Shown: positions 38,435 to 48,395 of the stretch, piece after piece | Position numbering within the stretch: position 1 is the first letter of the stretch | Layout: every line of letters starts with the position of its first letter | Assembly: GCA_050251945.1 (NCBI GenBank) | Contig: JBFWLW010000001.1 | Coordinates: 512,001 to 576,000 of the forward strand | Reading direction: 5' to 3' | Length of the DNA: 64,000 nt | DNA from: Deferribacterales bacterium | GTDB taxonomy: Bacteria > Chrysiogenota > Deferribacteres > Deferribacterales > Geovibrionaceae | Notes under the pieces: model-generated | Told to the model about the DNA's origin: nothing | The model's database searches: none | Seen by the model: the letters and a program-made list of their open reading frames with translations, nothing else | Program-made: the position numbers and the translations under genes

Positions 38435-38830
38435 ATGTCAATCTTTGCCACAAACGAACAAAACCCCATCGCCGTTATAGATGCAATCAGAAACGGAGTA
38501 AATAAATCCGATGTTGTTGAGGTATTCGAAAACCTCGACATACCGGTAAGCCATGTCGGCAATTTCCTTTCAGTATCTTACAGAACGTTCTTGAGAAAAG
38601 CAGATGACGAAAAGATGACAAAACAAGATACTGAAATGATATTCAAACTGCATCAGATGAGAAAAAAGGGAGCGGATCTCTTCGGCGATAATGATGCCTT
38701 TATAGGCTGGCTGAATACCGAACTACAGACTTTTGGCGACCGTAAGCCGATAGAGATCATTGACACTGAGTATGGTATTGATCTGGTTACTACAGAGCTT
38801 GGACGCATCGAGCACGGTATCTTCGGATGA
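38435..38830 (+). CDS. Xre/MbcA/ParS antitoxin
   Basis: LFGDNDAFIGWL...KPIEIIDTEYGIDLVTTELGRIEHGIF. Confidence 0.9.
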   Translation: MSIFATNEQNPIAVIDAIRNGVNKSDVVEVFENLDIPVSHVGNFLSVSYRTFLRKADDEKMTKQDTEMIFKLHQMRKKGADLFGDNDAFIGWLNTELQTFGDRKPIEIIDTEYGIDLVTTELGRIEHGIFG

Positions 38831-39285
38831 TAGTATACAGGATTAGCGTTGACAAATACGCTTCTGACCTCTCAGGAACCGGCAGCAGGCTCTATGGCGG
38901 CAGGTGGACCCCAAAAGGGTTTCCAGTGCTCTATAGTGCTTCAAATCCTTCTCTGGCTCTTCTGGAGCTTTACGTCCACATAAAGAACAGCACACCGCCA
39001 AACCTCAAGCTCATCAAGCTGGTCATAGATGAAAAATACCTCACCAAAAAAACTTTCCGGATACCGGATCTCCCCTCCTACTGGAAGGAAAATCCGGCTC
39101 CTGAAGCTCTTCAGCTCATCGGGCAGGAATGGATCACCGAGTCTAAAACTCTGGCAATGGAAGTACCGTCTTCAATTATGCCGGAAGACACAAATTATAT
39201 CATCAATGTTGGTCACAAAGACTTCATCAATGCCGTGTCCGTGCTGAGTATCACAGATTGTCCGCTCGATAAAAGGCTGGTTTAA
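38827..39285 (+). CDS. RES-domain toxin
   Basis: VYRI...GGRWTPKG...YSASNPSLALLE...VPSSIMP...NYIIN. Confidence 0.92.
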   Translation: MIVYRISVDKYASDLSGTGSRLYGGRWTPKGFPVLYSASNPSLALLELYVHIKNSTPPNLKLIKLVIDEKYLTKKTFRIPDLPSYWKENPAPEALQLIGQEWITESKTLAMEVPSSIMPEDTNYIINVGHKDFINAVSVLSITDCPLDKRLV

Positions 39286-39286
39286 T

Positions 39287-41695
39287 ATGAGTTTAACGAG
39301 AAATAATCATTATGTCCCCCAATGGTATCAAAGAGGGTTCTTTAATGCCAATAATCAATTACAATATCTCGTCCTCAAACCAAAAATTCACACACTTCCA
39401 AATGGTGAAACCAAAAGTGTTGAGAAAAAGAAATGGTATCCAACTTCTAAATGTTTTTTTCAAAAAGATTTATATACAACATTTTTTGGTAACCAAATTA
39501 ACGATGAAATTGAAAAACATCTTTTTGGACATATTGATGATATAGGTTCTCGTGCTGTTAAGGCTTTCATTTCTGAAGATCAGAGAGAGTGGCATAAAAA
39601 TTTCCAAAACTTATTTGAATATTTAGATTCCCAAAAAATAAGAACCCCGAAAGGTCTTGACTGGCTTAAAAAGAATTACTCAAATCTAGATCAGACAGAA
39701 TTAATGTCAGAGATGCAAAGAATCAGTGGCATTAATTGTAGACTTTGGGCTGAAAGTGTTCGTGAAATTGTTAGTGCAAAAGATTCAAATGTTAAGTTCA
39801 TCATTTCGGATCATCCGGTTACAGTTTACAATTACGCTTGTCCTCCCGATTCTGATAAAACACGCTATCCTGACGATCCTGATATCGCTTTAAAAGCCAC
39901 TCAGACAATTTATCCACTTGATAAAGATTACTGTTTGATATTGACAAATTTGGAATATGCTCAGAATCGTGATGGTATTGATCCCCTCGAAATGCGAACC
40001 AATCCTGCAAGATTCAGAGAAACTTTCGTCAATACTATTGAATTTATAAGGAAACGCATACTCACAGAAGATGATGTAATTAAAATCAATTATATAATAA
40101 AAAGAAGAGCCAAAGAAGCTATTGCTGCTGGGAGTGATGATTGGCTGTACCCAGAGAAAAGGATCGAATGCAACTGGGCAGAATTAAGACATATACTCTT
40201 ACCTTCAAATGATGAATTATTCCGCTTTGGCGGAGAAATATTTGTACAGTATGAAAATGGTAAAACACGATATCAAGATGCTTACGGGCGTTCAAGTGGC
40301 CACTTAGATTTTCTTGACAAAAAAATTGATGAAAAGAAAATTGGACGTAATGACCCGTGCGGTTGCGGTAGTGGTCGAAAATACAAGCACTGCTGTAAGG
40401 ATACCCCAAAAAAACAGAGAACAACTTGGAAAGTATTAAGTATAAAAGAAAGAAATTTGGGTTTATATAGAGCAATTTATGATATTTTAGGATTAAATAA
40501 AGGGAAAACATGGGAGGATGTAAGACGTGATATTTCAAGTGAACAAATTAGCGATATATATGGTTTTTTTGGCCATATATGGCCAAATGAAACAGAAATT
40601 TACGAGTTACTCCCAAAACCAGACTCAAAATTCAGAGGACTTTATACTGGGATTGTTGATGCAAGAACAATTGGTTCAGTTGCTTTAAATGCTTCAGCAT
40701 ATTTTGATGAACTTCTTATTCAGAATCCACTGATGAATCCAAATAATATTGTACCTGAAATTAGTCCTGTAAAATCCCCAGATAAGTATCTATATCAAGC
40801 ACTGAAAGATATTTATTTTTTACTTTCAATAGAACCACTTGTAATATCAGGCGACATTAATTTAATCCCAGATCCATATAATTTTGACATGTATTTATAT
40901 CATGAAATGCTGACAATGGCTAGGTTACGGGCGAACAATGTTGTTTTGAACGTTTACGATGAATACATATTTAGTTCTTTATACGCTGAGGATCTTCTGA
41001 ATTCACATTATTCAATGCCAATAAATACCAGACTACAGGTTATTCGAGAATTATTCCCAGAATATAGCACTGAGCATTTAGAGGTGTTAATAGATGAGTT
41101 TGATCGAAATGCTGGTCTCAGTCCTTTAGTCCTATTAAAAGAAAGAGAACTTACAGATGGGGGACTCTTTATGTTACATAGTTTTATTCCAAATTATGAA
41201 ATGTCTTTATTTATTGCCCAAGTGACTGGTTCAGTTATTATTACCGATAGCCCAAGTCGTTGGCAAGAACTACAAAACGCAGCACATAGAGAATTAGGCG
41301 TTGCTTCTCACCCATGGGAATCATTATGTAAGGCTTTTAATACCATTCCACTTTACGATGACTTAGATATGATTTTAAATAACAAATACAAAAAAGAATT
41401 TATGGAATTAAGAAAAATATTAGGTTTAATAAACACAACAGTAAAATCTGGCAATACCAATAAAGAAAATACAAATAATTTGACAAATATGCTGATAGAG
41501 AGATTAAAACAGATATGTGAATCGAATACTCAAAATGATGGAATCAAAAAATATTCGACAAAAGTAACCGCATCTATGCCTTTGGGCGGCTTTGCGGATA
41601 ATCATGTTCAACGACTTCTTTTAAAATCAAATAGTCAATACCATTTGAATTCTGTCAGCTCAGTATTCTATATTTCACCTGAAGGATTTTTTTAA
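39287..41695 (+). CDS. DUF4238-like protein with SEC-C motif
   Basis: NHYVPQWYQRGF, FIISDHPV, KIGRNDPCGCGSGRKYKHCC. Confidence 0.8.
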   Translation: MSLTRNNHYVPQWYQRGFFNANNQLQYLVLKPKIHTLPNGETKSVEKKKWYPTSKCFFQKDLYTTFFGNQINDEIEKHLFGHIDDIGSRAVKAFISEDQREWHKNFQNLFEYLDSQKIRTPKGLDWLKKNYSNLDQTELMSEMQRISGINCRLWAESVREIVSAKDSNVKFIISDHPVTVYNYACPPDSDKTRYPDDPDIALKATQTIYPLDKDYCLILTNLEYAQNRDGIDPLEMRTNPARFRETFVNTIEFIRKRILTEDDVIKINYIIKRRAKEAIAAGSDDWLYPEKRIECNWAELRHILLPSNDELFRFGGEIFVQYENGKTRYQDAYGRSSGHLDFLDKKIDEKKIGRNDPCGCGSGRKYKHCCKDTPKKQRTTWKVLSIKERNLGLYRAIYDILGLNKGKTWEDVRRDISSEQISDIYGFFGHIWPNETEIYELLPKPDSKFRGLYTGIVDARTIGSVALNASAYFDELLIQNPLMNPNNIVPEISPVKSPDKYLYQALKDIYFLLSIEPLVISGDINLIPDPYNFDMYLYHEMLTMARLRANNVVLNVYDEYIFSSLYAEDLLNSHYSMPINTRLQVIRELFPEYSTEHLEVLIDEFDRNAGLSPLVLLKERELTDGGLFMLHSFIPNYEMSLFIAQVTGSVIITDSPSRWQELQNAAHRELGVASHPWESLCKAFNTIPLYDDLDMILNNKYKKEFMELRKILGLINTTVKSGNTNKENTNNLTNMLIERLKQICESNTQNDGIKKYSTKVTASMPLGGFADNHVQRLLLKSNSQYHLNSVSSVFYISPEGFF

Positions 41696-41720
41696 AAATA
41701 ATGGTTAAGGGGATTAAGCC

Positions 41721-43007
41721 TTATTTGATTGAATCTCTGTTTTTAATAAAACTAATCAATTTATTAAATAAAAAATCAATTTCTTTATCATTAACCGTTT
41801 CATTAATTCCATTTTGAAAATAAAAGCAAGTGCACACTTTTATTAAATTTTTTGTGATTTCATTTATATCCTTAACATCTTTAGTTGGAATTGGCTTTAT
41901 CATAGAGTGGCTTCCATGAATAATATCAGAGCGTAAATCATAGAGTTTCGAAAAATTAATATCATTCAGTATTTTTGATTCCTCCAATATTTTGAATAAA
42001 TATTCTTTTCTCTCTGTAATATTTGCAGTTACTCTGTTTGACTGTGATTCAGTGTGTATTAATCGCTCTATTACGGTAAATAATTTTGGAATTTTATAAA
42101 ATAGATTATTTTCAATGACAGCATCATGATACATCACCAAAGAATCAAATATTCTCAATCCTAAAAAGTCAATGAAGTTATTTTTAGATAACTTTGTCAA
42201 TATTTCTGCTATTACATGAGGATAGCTTGTTTGACCACCCAAATGATTTTGCCATTTGGGGCATTCAGTTGAAATAAATTCAATTTTTTTCTCTTTTTCT
42301 ACTGATTGCCTGCCGTCTGAATAAAAAAAGTGCTGAAAATACTTTGGATAATCATCAAAATAGGTTCTCAAGTATTCCGGTGAATTACAATCAGGAAGTA
42401 TAGAACAAAGCCCTAAAAAGGCTTTTAAAAGTTGCAGTGATCTTGTCCTTGCAAATTCAAGAGACAACGCTTTGACTTCAATTTGAGCGATTGACTTAAA
42501 GAGCTTGTTTGCTTTAAGTTCAAGGAAATCTTGAAGGAATGTTATTTTTGTATTCTCTATGGAATAAATTGTAATTGGACCATATTTTATTTCTTCATTT
42601 TTTTCGATTTTAAAAAAAATCAAAGGTATATATATTGAATATGACTTATAATCTTTTTCTAGTAAGGTATTTGTACTGGATACCACATTGCTTACTAAAC
42701 CAGCATTGATTTCTGATTCCTTGATGAAATAATTTTCAAGGAATAAATTACCCATATAAAGTATATATTTGTCATATTTTTCATAAGCAAAGCGGTATTT
42801 TTTATTTAAATGTCTGTCAAATATTTTTTTTAATAAATCAAATCCCTCAAAACCAATTACTACTTCTTTTTCTTCTTCATTATATTTAATTTGTAATGTT
42901 TGACTATTATCAAGAATCTTAACATTTCTTGTGCCATCAGTGAAGCCCTTCATAATTGTCAGTAAATTTTCAAAATCCTTAATAGATTCTTTCATTGTTT
43001 CATTCAT
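41721..43007 (-). CDS. HEPN-domain (ApeA-like) protein
   Basis: LFTVIERL...LYDLRSDIIHG (RxxxxH); very AT-rich. Confidence 0.7.
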   Translation of the reverse strand: MNETMKESIKDFENLLTIMKGFTDGTRNVKILDNSQTLQIKYNEEEKEVVIGFEGFDLLKKIFDRHLNKKYRFAYEKYDKYILYMGNLFLENYFIKESEINAGLVSNVVSSTNTLLEKDYKSYSIYIPLIFFKIEKNEEIKYGPITIYSIENTKITFLQDFLELKANKLFKSIAQIEVKALSLEFARTRSLQLLKAFLGLCSILPDCNSPEYLRTYFDDYPKYFQHFFYSDGRQSVEKEKKIEFISTECPKWQNHLGGQTSYPHVIAEILTKLSKNNFIDFLGLRIFDSLVMYHDAVIENNLFYKIPKLFTVIERLIHTESQSNRVTANITERKEYLFKILEESKILNDINFSKLYDLRSDIIHGSHSMIKPIPTKDVKDINEITKNLIKVCTCFYFQNGINETVNDKEIDFLFNKLISFIKNRDSIK

Positions 43008-43299
43008 TATTAGTACTCCCTTATTTGAGAAATAGCGTGATACTCATATGCTGACTTTGTATGTGCTATTTTCACTTGAAATTTTGCAAAGTATCATAAA
43101 TAATATTATCATATTTCTACATCATTTTTATGATGACCCGCCAACAAGCGGCCAAATCGGAACACCACCGAATTATTGTTTAATTACGATTTATCGTAAT
43201 GCCTGTCTATTTGACAATCCCTACGGGGCATACTACCCCGTCTAAGGGATCATAGTGTGCCTGCGTATGGAAATAAAAACACCATATTTGGAGGACACT

Positions 43300-44058
43300 A
43301 TGTCTAATGTTTCAAATGCAAAAAACGTTTCAGGAAAAATCTTTGTTGAGCTGAAAGATGCGAAAGTTGATAGTGTGACGCTCGATGGCGTCATCATCAA
43401 CGGCTACACATTCACCTTAACAAAAAGGACCGAATACATCGGATTTGAGAAGTTCGAGCATGGCATGACTGTTGAGCTGACAGCTTACCTCAGCCAGAAG
43501 AACATACTCTTTCTGAACACTGTAAGTTTTAAGACCGAAGCTGAACAAGTCACAGAACCTAATACGCTGGGAACGCCCAGAGGCGAAATCAAAAACCTCT
43601 CCAACGTCACAATCACCTCAGTATCCCTCAAAAGTGTCAGTCTTGACGAGAATGAATACTTCTTCTCCAAACACACTGAAAAAACTTTCGAGCCTGCTGT
43701 CGGAATGGTAGTTGACGCTGTGGTTTATGAAACCGCTTCCGGCAGACTCTACCTCAACGGTATTGCTCCTGTAAAAGGTGCTGAAAAAAATGGTTCTGGC
43801 TCATCTGAATCTGGAAAAGAGCAAAAAGACTACAGCAACAACCACAGGCTTTTCGGCTACATCGAGATGGTAACAGAAAAGGCTATCAAAGTTGGCAACC
43901 AGTGGTTTAATCTGACAGAGAAATCCTATGTTGACGAAAAAACTGTCATGGACAAAGGCGAGTATGTAGCTATCTACTTCTACGCTTCGCCCAAAAGCGG
44001 AAACTTTATCAACAAGCTCTATCCGGCAACAGACAAATACTCTAAGAAATCAGCTTAG
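43300..44058 (+). CDS. Hypothetical protein with three beta-rich (OB-like) repeats
   Basis: GGAGG RBS before ATG 43300; repeats YTFTLTKRTE..GMTV / YFFSKHTE..GMVV / WFNLTEKS..GEYV. Confidence 0.7.
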   Translation: MSNVSNAKNVSGKIFVELKDAKVDSVTLDGVIINGYTFTLTKRTEYIGFEKFEHGMTVELTAYLSQKNILFLNTVSFKTEAEQVTEPNTLGTPRGEIKNLSNVTITSVSLKSVSLDENEYFFSKHTEKTFEPAVGMVVDAVVYETASGRLYLNGIAPVKGAEKNGSGSSESGKEQKDYSNNHRLFGYIEMVTEKAIKVGNQWFNLTEKSYVDEKTVMDKGEYVAIYFYASPKSGNFINKLYPATDKYSKKSA

Positions 44059-44066
44059 GGTGTCTT

Positions 44067-44435
44067 ATGGAAAATTATGTTATTGAAAAAAGAGTAGATG
44101 GTAGCGTATTTATCACAGGCACTCTGTCTTCCGACCTAGAATATCTTATTTCCGATAACCAGTTTTCAACTGTTATCGACAAAGACGTTATTCAAAAGAT
44201 GCTCGAAACAGCAGAGTTCGTAACATCAAAAAATCTCTTTGAAGCCTCATTCTTCCATCCTGTCGATTCAGAATTTGTTGATGATGGCGCAGAGGAATTC
44301 GATGAAAACTCTTATGCTGTAACTGGCAGCGGATATGTCATTGTGGACAAGACAACCTTTCAATTGAAAGTGTCTTTGGCACATAATGCAGAGGATCTGC
44401 GGAGCGAGACCATCAACATCTCTGAAATAATCTAA
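44067..44435 (+). CDS. Acidic hypothetical protein
   Basis: 122-aa ORF in cluster. Confidence 0.6.
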   Translation: MENYVIEKRVDGSVFITGTLSSDLEYLISDNQFSTVIDKDVIQKMLETAEFVTSKNLFEASFFHPVDSEFVDDGAEEFDENSYAVTGSGYVIVDKTTFQLKVSLAHNAEDLRSETINISEII

Positions 44436-44501
44436 CCCAATCCGGGGACACTACCCCGGCAGTGGGAACAGTGTCTCCGGTAATCTACCAGGAGACACAT
44501 T

Positions 44502-45134
44502 ATGTTTGAAAATCTTTATGCTTACTACGATGGAAGACTCAAAGCAGTGGAAAGAGAACTCATACAAAAACTTGCCGGAATGCCGCTGTTTTTTTATGAG
44601 ACCAGACACGACGATGATGGCGATTGGGTAACTCCTGTTACCATAAAAAAAAGCGTGTTTGTGAATTTCTGCAATACAGTAATCTTTACAGAACCTCTTC
44701 AGTTTGGTGATTCAAACTTCATTGAAATAGATGAAGAAGAGTGGGATTTCGACTTTCCTCAGATACATGAAAGAGGAAATGAATTTGTCCTGCCTGAACC
44801 AATGAGTGAGCACACTGTTATCGTCACTGAAAAATCGGTTTTGGAAGTTACTATCAAAGCAAAGTCGGCCGCCAAGGCTGAAGAAAAAGTCAAGTTTATG
44901 TATTCACAAGGTTCAATATTCATGGATATGGGTAAATACTCTGCTGAGTTCTTTTGTCTGAGACTAAAGAGAGATGATGTCAGAGTAATTGCTGAAAGAC
45001 TCAAACTACCTATTGACGAACAGTCCCTGGATAAATATTTCTCCGCTGTTCAAGAAAGGTATTTTCACGAGTCAGAAGCGGACCCAACAGCATCATGGGA
45101 TCTTCTAGTCGAATACATAATAACGTCTATCTAA
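44502..45134 (+). CDS. LPD28-like plus DpnD/PcfM-like domain protein
   Basis: FYETRHDDDGDWVTPVTIKKSVFVNFCNTVI; HTVIVTEKSVLEVTIKAKSAAKAEEKVKFMY. Confidence 0.6.
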   Translation: MFENLYAYYDGRLKAVERELIQKLAGMPLFFYETRHDDDGDWVTPVTIKKSVFVNFCNTVIFTEPLQFGDSNFIEIDEEEWDFDFPQIHERGNEFVLPEPMSEHTVIVTEKSVLEVTIKAKSAAKAEEKVKFMYSQGSIFMDMGKYSAEFFCLRLKRDDVRVIAERLKLPIDEQSLDKYFSAVQERYFHESEADPTASWDLLVEYIITSI

Positions 45135-45256
45135 GCGGTTGTCCCTCCGGGGACTCCGCGCCTGCATATGTCAACGTAACAACCCTTACAGGGGATACAC
45201 ATCCCCAGAGGGGCTATCTGTGTGTCCCCTTCAAATCACATTTAAGGAGACACATC

Positions 45257-46105
45257 ATGTTTATAGGAAATAAAACTGACAAAGCAGAACTGAAAGGCAT
45301 CATCGAAGAAGGGATTTTACGAGTACTGGCAGAAGGTAAATTCCAGGAATATCTGGACTTCCATGCAAATTTCAGCCGATACTCCCTGAGCAATTCACTT
45401 CTGATCTTTTTGGCCTGTCCACATGCAACTCGCATTGCCGGCAAGAAGAAATGGGAAGAACTCGGCAGATTCGTCATTGATGGCGAAGAACCGATCATGA
45501 TCTTCGCTCCCACATTCAGAAAATATTCTGAGGAAACTGTCGATGAAGAAACAGGCAAAGTTGAAACTGTTGAGCGTCAATGGCTCACTGGCTTTCGTTC
45601 TGTCAATGTGTATGATGTAAGCCAGACATACGGAAAAGAGATCCCAACAGCCGCAGGTTTTTGCCGCGACTTTGGAGATAAGACAGAACTACTGGATCGC
45701 TTTATCGGCATATTCGGCGAAAAATACCGTATTGAACAAAAACCGCTTAAAGCTCCGCTCGGCGGGTTTATCACCCCGGACAACACGATCACGCTGAACA
45801 GTAGTAAGAGCGAAGAGCAAAGGCTGAAGACTTTGATCCACGAGGTCGCACATGGCGAACTCGGTCATTTTGAGGCAAAGGATAAATCAAGAGATGCACA
45901 GGAACTGGAAGCAGAAATAGCTGCTTATATCGTTTCCCGTCATTTCGGTGTTGATTCATCAGACTACTCTTTTGGCTATCTTGTCAGCTGGAGTGGAGGA
46001 GAAATCAGCCTTATCCACACAGCACTCAATGCCGCACACGCTGTTTCCAGCAGTATCATCGAGCAAATCGAGACTACTGAACATGCACAGCAAATGGCAT
46101 CATAG
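45257..46105 (+). CDS. ArdC-like ssDNA-binding/zincin anti-restriction protein
   Basis: RYSLSNSLLI...ATRIAGKKKWEELGR...VYDVSQT; TLIHEVAH...ELEAEIAAY...SFGYLVSW; start after AAGGAG. Confidence 0.82.
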   Translation: MFIGNKTDKAELKGIIEEGILRVLAEGKFQEYLDFHANFSRYSLSNSLLIFLACPHATRIAGKKKWEELGRFVIDGEEPIMIFAPTFRKYSEETVDEETGKVETVERQWLTGFRSVNVYDVSQTYGKEIPTAAGFCRDFGDKTELLDRFIGIFGEKYRIEQKPLKAPLGGFITPDNTITLNSSKSEEQRLKTLIHEVAHGELGHFEAKDKSRDAQELEAEIAAYIVSRHFGVDSSDYSFGYLVSWSGGEISLIHTALNAAHAVSSSIIEQIETTEHAQQMAS

Positions 46106-46114
46106 GGGGCTGAA

Positions 46115-46534
46115 ATGGAAATTTTCGGCGAAGTCATCCACTCATACTCCAGAGCTCAGGCGATCGAAGATGGTATCTTAGTTGATATGTCTGAATATGT
46201 ACCTGAAGGTGAATCCAAGCCTTTGGTAAAGCAGGCAGGATTCAAAGTTCCGCTGGCTGTAACAAGAGCTGTCTACGACAGACTCTTATCTCTTCCAGAC
46301 TCCTACATAGGATGTCAAAGTGTAACAGGTCGTTTTTGGGACATTCTGACATTGCTCCACGCAGAGATAAAACGCTCTGCAGGCGGAGACCAGTTAATAT
46401 TCGGTGTTTACTCCAGAAAAGTGAACAACAACGGATCTGACGGTCGTTTAGAGCTTGTCAAATTAAAAGCTGTCATTGGTCCCGGAGATACACCGGAACC
46501 GGTGTTGACAGTGATGTTCCCTGAAGAGGACTGA
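46115..46534 (+). CDS. DUF6573-like plasmid/ICE protein
   Basis: VIHSYSRAQAIEDGILVD...GPGDTPEPVLTVMFPEED. Confidence 0.7.
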   Translation: MEIFGEVIHSYSRAQAIEDGILVDMSEYVPEGESKPLVKQAGFKVPLAVTRAVYDRLLSLPDSYIGCQSVTGRFWDILTLLHAEIKRSAGGDQLIFGVYSRKVNNNGSDGRLELVKLKAVIGPGDTPEPVLTVMFPEED

Positions 46535-46536
46535 TT

Positions 46537-46764
46537 ATGAAGTACATGATCGATATGGTTATTGGTAAAATGTTAGACTTGGCCAACTACCTCATGACGG
46601 CACTTCTTGTGGCCTACTTTATAGATCCTTCAGCAGGATCTCAGCACAGGCAGACAAGTTTTGGAGCAGCTATGTTTGGAATTTCCATGATATACGCTAT
46701 TTCCATTTTGATAATTCTTGCGCTGAAAGTCAGAGCGGTCTATAATAGGAGGAAGAGGACATGA
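46537..46764 (+). CDS. Small membrane protein
   Basis: Two TM segments. Confidence 0.55.
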   Translation: MKYMIDMVIGKMLDLANYLMTALLVAYFIDPSAGSQHRQTSFGAAMFGISMIYAISILIILALKVRAVYNRRKRT

Positions 46765-46889
46765 ACATGAGTGTAGATACTTTTATCCTGGGCACAATCG
46801 GAATTATCCTGACCGTTTCGGTCATAGGTGTAGTTGCCATGGCCTATCTGGATGAAAAAGAAAAAAAGTTAAAGTTAAAACGTCATTAA
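46761..46889 (+). CDS. Small single-TM peptide
   Basis: GAGGA RBS; MNMSVDTFILGTIGIILTVSVIGVVAMAYLDEKEKKLKLKRH; ATGA-coupled. Confidence 0.5.
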   Translation: MNMSVDTFILGTIGIILTVSVIGVVAMAYLDEKEKKLKLKRH

Positions 46890-46892
46890 TCA

Positions 46893-46920
46893 AAAGCCTC
46901 ACCATCGGTGGGGCTTTTTT
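46893..46920 (+). terminator. Intrinsic terminator
   Basis: AAAAGCCTCACC-ATC-GGTGGGGCTTTTT. Confidence 0.8.
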
Positions 46921-46959
46921 GCGTTACCTTGCTATTCCGAAATCTCCACTGATAATTTA

Positions 46960-46988
46960 TTGACAAACCGTATCCGCACGGATACATT
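46960..46988 (+). promoter_or_regulatory. TA promoter with operator palindrome
   Basis: TTGACA-N17-TACATT overlapping GTATCCG-CA-CGGATAC. Confidence 0.7.
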
Positions 46989-46993
46989 AAGAA

Positions 46994-47323
46994 ATGAGCT
47001 ATAGAATAAGCATCTGCCAAAATGAAGATGGCAAAGAACCATTTAACGAATGGCTCTCAACACTTGAAAAGAGTATCAAATTACGGATACTCAGAAGGCT
47101 CGACAGAATTGCTATGGGTAATTTCGGAGACCATAAGCAGATTGACGGCAATGTTTATGAGCTTCGCTTTTTCTTCGGCAGCGGATACCGTATCTATTTT
47201 GGCAAGGATGGCGAGACTTTGGTCGTATTGCTTTGCGGCGGCGACAAAAGCTCCCAGAACAAGGATATTGAAACTGCAAGAAGCCTCTGGAGGCATTACA
47301 ATGACAAAATTAAGAACTCTTGA
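46994..47323 (+). CDS. RelE/ParE-family toxin
   Basis: GNFGDHK...VYELRFFFGSGYRIYF...LLCGGDKSSQNKDI. Confidence 0.92.
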   Translation: MSYRISICQNEDGKEPFNEWLSTLEKSIKLRILRRLDRIAMGNFGDHKQIDGNVYELRFFFGSGYRIYFGKDGETLVVLLCGGDKSSQNKDIETARSLWRHYNDKIKNS

Positions 47324-47609
47324 TGACATTATACAGGAAGAACTCAAAGACGAGCAGAGCAGAAATGAATATCTCGAATATGCCGTTGAAGATTATTTTG
47401 AATCCGGTGATGAGGTTGAGCTTTTACTCGCTATCAGGCAGGTCGTCATTGCCGGCATTGGTTTTACCGCACTGTCAGAACGCACCGGACTCTCAAGGGA
47501 ATCGCTTTATAAAACTCTTTCAGGCAAAGTGAACCCCAAGCTTAAAACTCTTCAGCAAATCCTTTCAGCTCTCGGTTATGCGGTTACTGTCAAACGCAAG
47601 AGTGCTTAG
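47301..47609 (+). CDS. HTH addiction-module antidote
   Basis: GGAGG RBS; LSERTGLSRESLYKTLSGKVNPKLKTLQQILSALG. Confidence 0.9.
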   Translation: MTKLRTLDDIIQEELKDEQSRNEYLEYAVEDYFESGDEVELLLAIRQVVIAGIGFTALSERTGLSRESLYKTLSGKVNPKLKTLQQILSALGYAVTVKRKSA

Positions 47610-47885
47610 TCGCAAGAGCACAGCAACTTCATTTTAGAAATATTATAATGGTGAAATATGAGCGAATTTAACAATGTTCTTCCTAATACATTACCCCTTC
47701 AAAAGTGTTCAGATTATCCTGACTTCTTTCTTGCTATGAATGATATTCTATGCTTATTTGGTCTTCCATCATCAAAAAATTATCCTATCAAAAAAAAACA
47801 TAAGGTAATTTTAGATGAATCATGGCTCGATTTTGTCTTCTGCGACCAGATGGACGAGTCGGATAAAGATGGCTATGCATAAATT

Positions 47886-48395
47886 TCAGTTATATACCAA
47901 TTTCCGCTTATAATATTCCGCATACTCTTTGATTTTATCCGAATACCGGAAAGCTCTCCATGTCGTTTTACTGTGATAAAAGCCTACAGAGAGCCAGTTC
48001 TGCCCGTTCCTCCGGATTTCTTCACGAAGGATCTCTGCGCCCATGGTGAAGCTATTCTGCATATCCAGACCATAATGATATGGTATGTTGAACTTCCTGA
48101 ACCAGAAGCTGTTTATCTGCATCACGCCTACGTCGAAGCTCTTGCCGGCAGAAAGAGCCGACTGGATAATTGAATATGCCTCTTCCTGGCTCTTCGGCTG
48201 ATACCCTTTGCCGGCAACGTTTACCGCATAAGGATTGAACCCACTTTCTGCATGAGCGACAGCAAGCAGCAGCCACTCCGGGATTCCAGTTCTGGCTGCC
48301 GCATATTTCGTTGCTGTGAGGATTTCAGGAGTCACAGAGGCCCATGATATACCACAGGCCATAAAGATGATTATAGACAAAATCAGGCGTTTCAT
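47886..48395 (-). CDS. Lytic transglycosylase (SLT/VirB1-like)
   Basis: AVAHAESGFNPYAVN, DVGVMQINSFW, VGFYHS. Confidence 0.9.
   Translation of the reverse strand: MKRLILSIIIFMACGISWASVTPEILTATKYAAARTGIPEWLLLAVAHAESGFNPYAVNVAGKGYQPKSQEEAYSIIQSALSAGKSFDVGVMQINSFWFRKFNIPYHYGLDMQNSFTMGAEILREEIRRNGQNWLSVGFYHSKTTWRAFRYSDKIKEYAEYYKRKLVYN

Noticed and set aside
47022..47300. N-terminal extension of the 195-aa antitoxin ORF
   Set aside because: It overlaps the toxin in another frame; the RBS supports a start at 47301.
47658..47882. 74-aa ORF
   Set aside because: No RBS or motif; cannot be supported as a gene.
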